Part shown: positions 59,648 through 64,000 of the stretch, piece by piece
Layout: each line of letters begins with the position of its first letter
Numbering within the stretch: position 1 is the first letter of the stretch
Source: Candidatus Zixiibacteriota bacterium
Lineage (GTDB): Bacteria; Zixibacteria; MSB-5A5; GN15; JAAZOE01
Reading direction: 5' to 3'
DNA: 64,000 nt
Assembly (NCBI GenBank): GCA_043819555.1
Contig: JBDREQ010000001.1
Coordinates: forward strand, 11,451-75,450
Program-made: the position numbers and the translations under genes
The notes under the pieces: model-generated
What the model was told of the DNA's origin: nothing
The model's database searches: none
The model's input: the letters and a program-made list of their open reading frames with translations, nothing else

Positions 59648-60343
59648 ATGCTCACATGCAAAACTAAACTTTGGAGTATTCTTGTTATCATCGTCATACT
59701 GATTGCGGCGTCTCAGGCATTTGCTGGCGAACCCATTAATTGGACGGGCTGGTATGCGGGAGCTTTCGGCGGCTATATTTCCGGCAAGCTTAATTCCAAT
59801 GATCCTTTGCATGAAGAATCAACCGGGGATTACGACGACGATAGTCCTATGGCTGGCATCAGCATTGGATATCACCGCCAATATGAAAACGACTGGGTTG
59901 CCGGTGTCGAGGTTATGCTGCCACTTTACATACAGAAAGGAACAGCGGTCGACAAGCAGTACTTTCCCGATACGGTCACCTACGAGGCTGACTACCGCTA
60001 TGGCCTGCTTGTTGCGGCGAAAGGGGGACGCAGTTACGGTAAAGCGCTACCCTATGCATTCGGCGCAGTAGGTTTCACCAATGTAGACGGCAAAACCTTC
60101 AACGTCGACCTTGAAGAGAACTACTCGCCGGGATTCGAGCAAAGTGCGGCGGCAGCGCATTTCATCTGGCAGCTCGGGGCAGGGATCGACTATCAGGCCA
60201 GCGAGGTTGTGTTTATGGGAGCACGGGTGGCCGCTTTCATAGGGGCGCGGGCTGATCACACGATGCCGTGGAATGAGCCCGGACCGAATGAGTTTGGCTA
60301 TAACTCGGTATTAGTGCAAATCAACGGCGGTTACAGATTCTAA
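59648..60343 (+). CDS. small outer-membrane beta-barrel protein (Omp25/OmpA-like)
   Basis: Signal peptide, NWTGWYAG, LPYAFG.VG, W.LGAGIDY, and terminal GYRF. Confidence 0.8.
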   Translation: MLTCKTKLWSILVIIVILIAASQAFAGEPINWTGWYAGAFGGYISGKLNSNDPLHEESTGDYDDDSPMAGISIGYHRQYENDWVAGVEVMLPLYIQKGTAVDKQYFPDTVTYEADYRYGLLVAAKGGRSYGKALPYAFGAVGFTNVDGKTFNVDLEENYSPGFEQSAAAAHFIWQLGAGIDYQASEVVFMGARVAAFIGARADHTMPWNEPGPNEFGYNSVLVQINGGYRF

Positions 60344-60414
60344 CCTTTATGACGAGTCATACGGCGGCTTCGACCGGCGTTTAGTCTCACATTTTTAAAG
60401 CGGGGTAACAAGGT

Positions 60415-60834
60415 ATGGCACTCAGCATATTTGACGACAAATCCAAAATACCGCAAAAAGATGAGTTGGCAATAACCCTGGGGCGTGCAATCAAGCAATG
60501 GGACAGCCTGAAAAGCCATCTGGCAAATGTGTATGAGCCGCTCACAGAAACATGGATATATTCTGGTAAAGCCTGGGGCTGGGCGCTTCGACTAAAACAG
60601 AAGAAGCGAGCTGTTGTGTACCTGACACCGTGCAAAGGATACTTTCATGCCGGGCTTTCACTTGGGGAAAAAGCGGCAAATGCCGCTCACAAGAGCGACC
60701 TTCCGGTTTCGGTTATGAATATAATTGACGTTGCAAAAAAGTACGCTGAAGGAAGAGCTATCCGCATGGAAATTAGGAACGCCAAAACGGTTAGCGCGAT
60801 AATAAAACTCATTTCTATTAAGATGGCAAATTAG
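60415..60834 (+). CDS. DUF3788-like protein
   Basis: W.YSGK..GW.LRLK.KKR..VYL.P and AKKYAEGR.I motifs. Confidence 0.7.
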   Translation: MALSIFDDKSKIPQKDELAITLGRAIKQWDSLKSHLANVYEPLTETWIYSGKAWGWALRLKQKKRAVVYLTPCKGYFHAGLSLGEKAANAAHKSDLPVSVMNIIDVAKKYAEGRAIRMEIRNAKTVSAIIKLISIKMAN

Positions 60835-60872
60835 TAATAATCGTTGACGATCAAGGATGATTTCAATAAATG

Positions 60873-60903
60873 AAAAAGGCCTCGTTTTCGAGGCCTTTTT
60901 TTT
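60873..60903. terminator. bidirectional terminator
   Basis: AAAAAGGCCTCG-TTTT-CGAGGCCTTTTT followed by more T's. Confidence 0.9.
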
Positions 60904-60927
60904 CAATAATTCCGCTTAATTATTTTA

Positions 60928-63900
60928 TTAATCACATAGGGCACATGGGCTGGAACCGCCCTTAAATATGTGATTTACAAGATACACAGCATCTCCAATA
61001 TCGGTATTTCCATCACAGTTTGCGTCTCCGGCTTCTAATGGTTCAGGAGGCGGCCCGCCTTTGAAAACGTGATTAATGATGAAAACAGCGTCACCGAGAT
61101 TTACCTGCTGATCACCGGAAGCGTCTCCGCAAACATAAAGAAAATCTATCGTTCTTAGTATAGGCCCCGTTTCAGGCGCCATTAACCAGGCATTATAATC
61201 GAACCTGATCCAGGCGGTGTTGGGAATCACGGTACCCGGAATAATATCTTCCTTTGGAGATATGGAAAAGGTAAAATATCCTTCTCCTTCCGGGGGATTG
61301 TGATTGGGCGGCAACATTATGCTGTCGCAAAAACAATTTATAACCCCGGTATTATTATCAAACTCGACATCGCAATCGTCAGGATGACTCATACCGCCGA
61401 TATTAAGCGTATTCCAATCAAGATTAGGATCAAGAGTATCAATTACCCTTACGTAGATAGCATCGGCTGTCGCTTCTGGTTTGTTTTCAAAAAGTATGGT
61501 ATAGTTCAGCCGGTTGCCGGGCTCGATCGTTTTTTCATCGCCTTTTCCTTCGGGATCGCATAATTTATCGTTGGGATCGATTGACCCCACAACTTCAATT
61601 TCATGATCCCAATGATTATTATCAAGATTAATGTCAACGGAACTGGTTGATATATCGATTGGAAACGGTAAAAAATATCCTATCGGAGTGAATTCGGATA
61701 AATTCGCAAATACGCGAACGTAATCCCAGCTATATCCGGTCGGTTCCACGGTTCCCAAATTGAGAATCAATGTATTGCCCACTATGTCATATCCGGAATA
61801 AGATGAGTGGCCCACACTTAAATCCCACACGTCATAAACGTTTAAATACGGGTCAAGCGGAATCTGAATAACGCAATTATCACCCGGCGCCACTCCCATA
61901 TTACCCCAATAAACCAAAAAATGAATATCAAAACCGGGCCGGGCTTCAAAATCAACCATAGTTGTCAACATATCTGTATACGACTCATCAACATGGATAT
62001 ACGAACCTTCTGTCTTGTCATCTGAGCCCAGGGAATTGGTTACCGTCAATTTTACCGTATATATCCCGTGTGAATAATAAACATGGTTTGGGTGTTGCTG
62101 GGCACTTGTATTACCATCTCCAAATTCCCATAACCAGCTTGTAGGACTACCCGAACTCAGATCGGTAAACTGCACCGACAATGGATCTAATCCTGCGGTT
62201 GGAGTACCCGAGAAATCGGCAATCAAATCATTGACAATAATATCTTCAGAAACCGACGCCTCCTGACTCGAACAGCCTGCCACATCAAAATATACGGTCA
62301 AGGTTACATGAAAATTCCCGGCGTATGGATAAATGTGAATTGGATTGCGCTGAGTACTGGTAGTACCATCATCAAAATCCCATAAATAGCTTGTCACAAC
62401 CGCCCCGGGATGACTGGCTGTAAATGTAACGGTTTTACTACCTTGCTGACGCGAATAATCAAGAACGGGAGTTATACTTTCCTGGGTGATAATATAATTC
62501 ACTTTGATTGTCGTGTCTCCGAATCCGTTTTCATAATATGACAGAATTACGTCAAATGTTCCGGTTGTATCGTACGTGTGCTCGGGATCTGCATTGGTCG
62601 AAGTATATCCGTCTCCAAAATCCCAACGCAGGCTATCCAACCAGGGATATATTATAGGAGATCCACCCGTGAATTGAACTGTCAACGGATGGAGACCACA
62701 TCGAGGACTTGCTGTAAAACCGACAAATCCTGGATCACAGGCATCGCCCTTGCCGTCATTATCAGAATCTGCCTGGCTGGGATTATACTGGTCGGGACAG
62801 TTATCTTCAGGGCAAGTGTTTCGGAAATAACCCGGATCCCCGTAGCCATCGCCGTCGGTATCGGTACAGGTGTCGCATTCATCTCCGATACCATCACCGT
62901 CTGAGTCTTCCTGGTCTGGATTGGCGACTGCATCGCAGTTATCCGGATCACATGTGTTGGCTGGGAAACCAGCATTGCCCTTCCCATCGCCATCAGTATC
63001 GGTACAGTTATCGCAATCATCGCCAATACCGTCGTTATCGGTATCATTATTTTCATCGCTGGCTACATCCGGACATTTATCACAAGCATCTCCAAAATCA
63101 TCACCATCGGAATTTTCCTGCTGTGGATTAGGATCATCCGGGCAATTATCGCATACATCACCAACTCCATCGCCATCCAAATCAGATTGATCATTATTGG
63201 CAATTGTAGGGCAATTATCGTCGGGACAATAATTCTCGGCGTAACCCGGATCTCCAAAACCATCCCCATCGCTGTCATAGGGACATAGGTCCAATTCTTT
63301 AACGGGCCAGCAATAGGGGCCAAAAATCCTTGGGGGAGTGGTCGTACCGGTGCTGTTGACAAAAATCCAATCACCTGACGGAGGGATAAAGGAGGAATCG
63401 ATACAAATAGTCCCAATGTCATTATCGCCAGTTACCAGAGCCGAGAAGTGAATAGAAAGCATATGTTCGGATAATCCCGCCGGTAATCCTCCATTCATCG
63501 CCACGCCGCCAATTTTGACCGTATCAGGTGAGATTTCATCCATATCCTGTTCCCATACAAGCAAATCACCTGCATCCCATACGCTGGCAGGAGGATCCAT
63601 TCGACTTCCCCCAACAACCGTGACGCAGGCTTTTCCCGTGCCGAGTCCGGTGGGGCCATACCCGCCAACATCGTTCCATGTCCAAGTGGCGCCATCAGGA
63701 GAATAAATCTGGAAGCCAAGTTCCATACCTCCCAGTAATACATCGTTTTCTAAGAGGAGTTTAAAATGGTGATTGGCGGTTAGATAGATCGTATCGTTGG
63801 GATATGGTCCCAAGTCTCCGCTCAGGGCGACGTCCACTTGCCCAATATCACAGGCATCACCGGCTCCATCACCATCAGAATCAGTTTGATCGGGATTGTA

Positions 63901-64000
63901 AACCAGGGGGCAATTATCATCGGGACATATATTTTGCGGGTGCCCGGGATCGCCAAAGCCATCGCCATCGGCATCAAAGGGGCATTCGTCCAACTCTCGT
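60928..64000 (-). CDS. large surface protein (5'-truncated): TSP3 Ca-binding repeats, cohesin-like module, three PKD domains, SIDPNDK Ig domain, C-terminal dockerin-like domain
   Basis: DNCP...NPDQ.DSDGDG.GDACD repeats, W(D/E)F(G/D)DG.TS...(N/D/H)P.H.Y three times, GSIDPNDK...Y.I.FEN, and CGDASGD..VNLGDAVFIIN..FKGG.PP...GDANCDG..DIGDAVYL. The frame is open to the window edge. Confidence 0.88.
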   Translation of the reverse strand, partial: RELDECPFDADGDGFGDPGHPQNICPDDNCPLVYNPDQTDSDGDGAGDACDIGQVDVALSGDLGPYPNDTIYLTANHHFKLLLENDVLLGGMELGFQIYSPDGATWTWNDVGGYGPTGLGTGKACVTVVGGSRMDPPASVWDAGDLLVWEQDMDEISPDTVKIGGVAMNGGLPAGLSEHMLSIHFSALVTGDNDIGTICIDSSFIPPSGDWIFVNSTGTTTPPRIFGPYCWPVKELDLCPYDSDGDGFGDPGYAENYCPDDNCPTIANNDQSDLDGDGVGDVCDNCPDDPNPQQENSDGDDFGDACDKCPDVASDENNDTDNDGIGDDCDNCTDTDGDGKGNAGFPANTCDPDNCDAVANPDQEDSDGDGIGDECDTCTDTDGDGYGDPGYFRNTCPEDNCPDQYNPSQADSDNDGKGDACDPGFVGFTASPRCGLHPLTVQFTGGSPIIYPWLDSLRWDFGDGYTSTNADPEHTYDTTGTFDVILSYYENGFGDTTIKVNYIITQESITPVLDYSRQQGSKTVTFTASHPGAVVTSYLWDFDDGTTSTQRNPIHIYPYAGNFHVTLTVYFDVAGCSSQEASVSEDIIVNDLIADFSGTPTAGLDPLSVQFTDLSSGSPTSWLWEFGDGNTSAQQHPNHVYYSHGIYTVKLTVTNSLGSDDKTEGSYIHVDESYTDMLTTMVDFEARPGFDIHFLVYWGNMGVAPGDNCVIQIPLDPYLNVYDVWDLSVGHSSYSGYDIVGNTLILNLGTVEPTGYSWDYVRVFANLSEFTPIGYFLPFPIDISTSSVDINLDNNHWDHEIEVVGSIDPNDKLCDPEGKGDEKTIEPGNRLNYTILFENKPEATADAIYVRVIDTLDPNLDWNTLNIGGMSHPDDCDVEFDNNTGVINCFCDSIMLPPNHNPPEGEGYFTFSISPKEDIIPGTVIPNTAWIRFDYNAWLMAPETGPILRTIDFLYVCGDASGDQQVNLGDAVFIINHVFKGGPPPEPLEAGDANCDGNTDIGDAVYLVNHIFKGGSSPCALCD

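Noticed and set aside
59459..60385. Possible integron attC sites flanking the OMP gene (ATCCAAC...GTTAAAT; TTCTAAC after the stop)
   Set aside because: The R boxes are not complementary, there is no convincing L-box or internal palindrome, and no intI is present.

Overview
AT-leaning bacterial chromosomal segment. The likely source is an FCB-adjacent lineage such as candidate phylum Zixibacteria, inferred from the dockerin-like and FlgD-Ig/T9SS-type C-terminal domains. From left to right it contains: (1) a minus-strand dcw cluster (mraZ-rsmH-ftsL-ftsI-murE-murF-mraY-murD-ftsW-murG-murC-ftsQ-ftsA, ftsA truncated) with MraZ boxes; (2) a gingipain/C25 peptidase convergent with a purM-gpmI-lnt-PorZ-like-GNAT-GT4-GT4-GT2 run; (3) ricT/yaaT-metG-tatD-rsmA-rluD; (4) a triheme c-type cytochrome; (5) two tail-to-tail tricorn (S41) proteases, a candidate orphan sRNA and a YfbK-like VWA protein; (6) QueG-like Fe-S protein, DUF4416, an atypical murA and a metallopeptidase/propeller Omp85; (7) a histone-H1-like protein with an HTH core, and a LonC-type protease; (8) hemA-C-B-L-E divergent from tRNA-Glu(CTC); (9) a small OMP/DUF3788 islet and a truncated large TSP3/PKD/dockerin surface protein. 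The top observation is that the leader of the tRNA-Glu transcript carries a perfect 21-nt complement, plus an anti-Shine-Dalgarno heptamer, to the 5' UTR of the H1-like gene 8.8 kb away. This suggests a tRNA-leader-derived antisense regulator of a nucleoid-condensing protein. No CRISPR array, integrase or transposase was seen. All functional calls come from motif recognition only; no database search was run.
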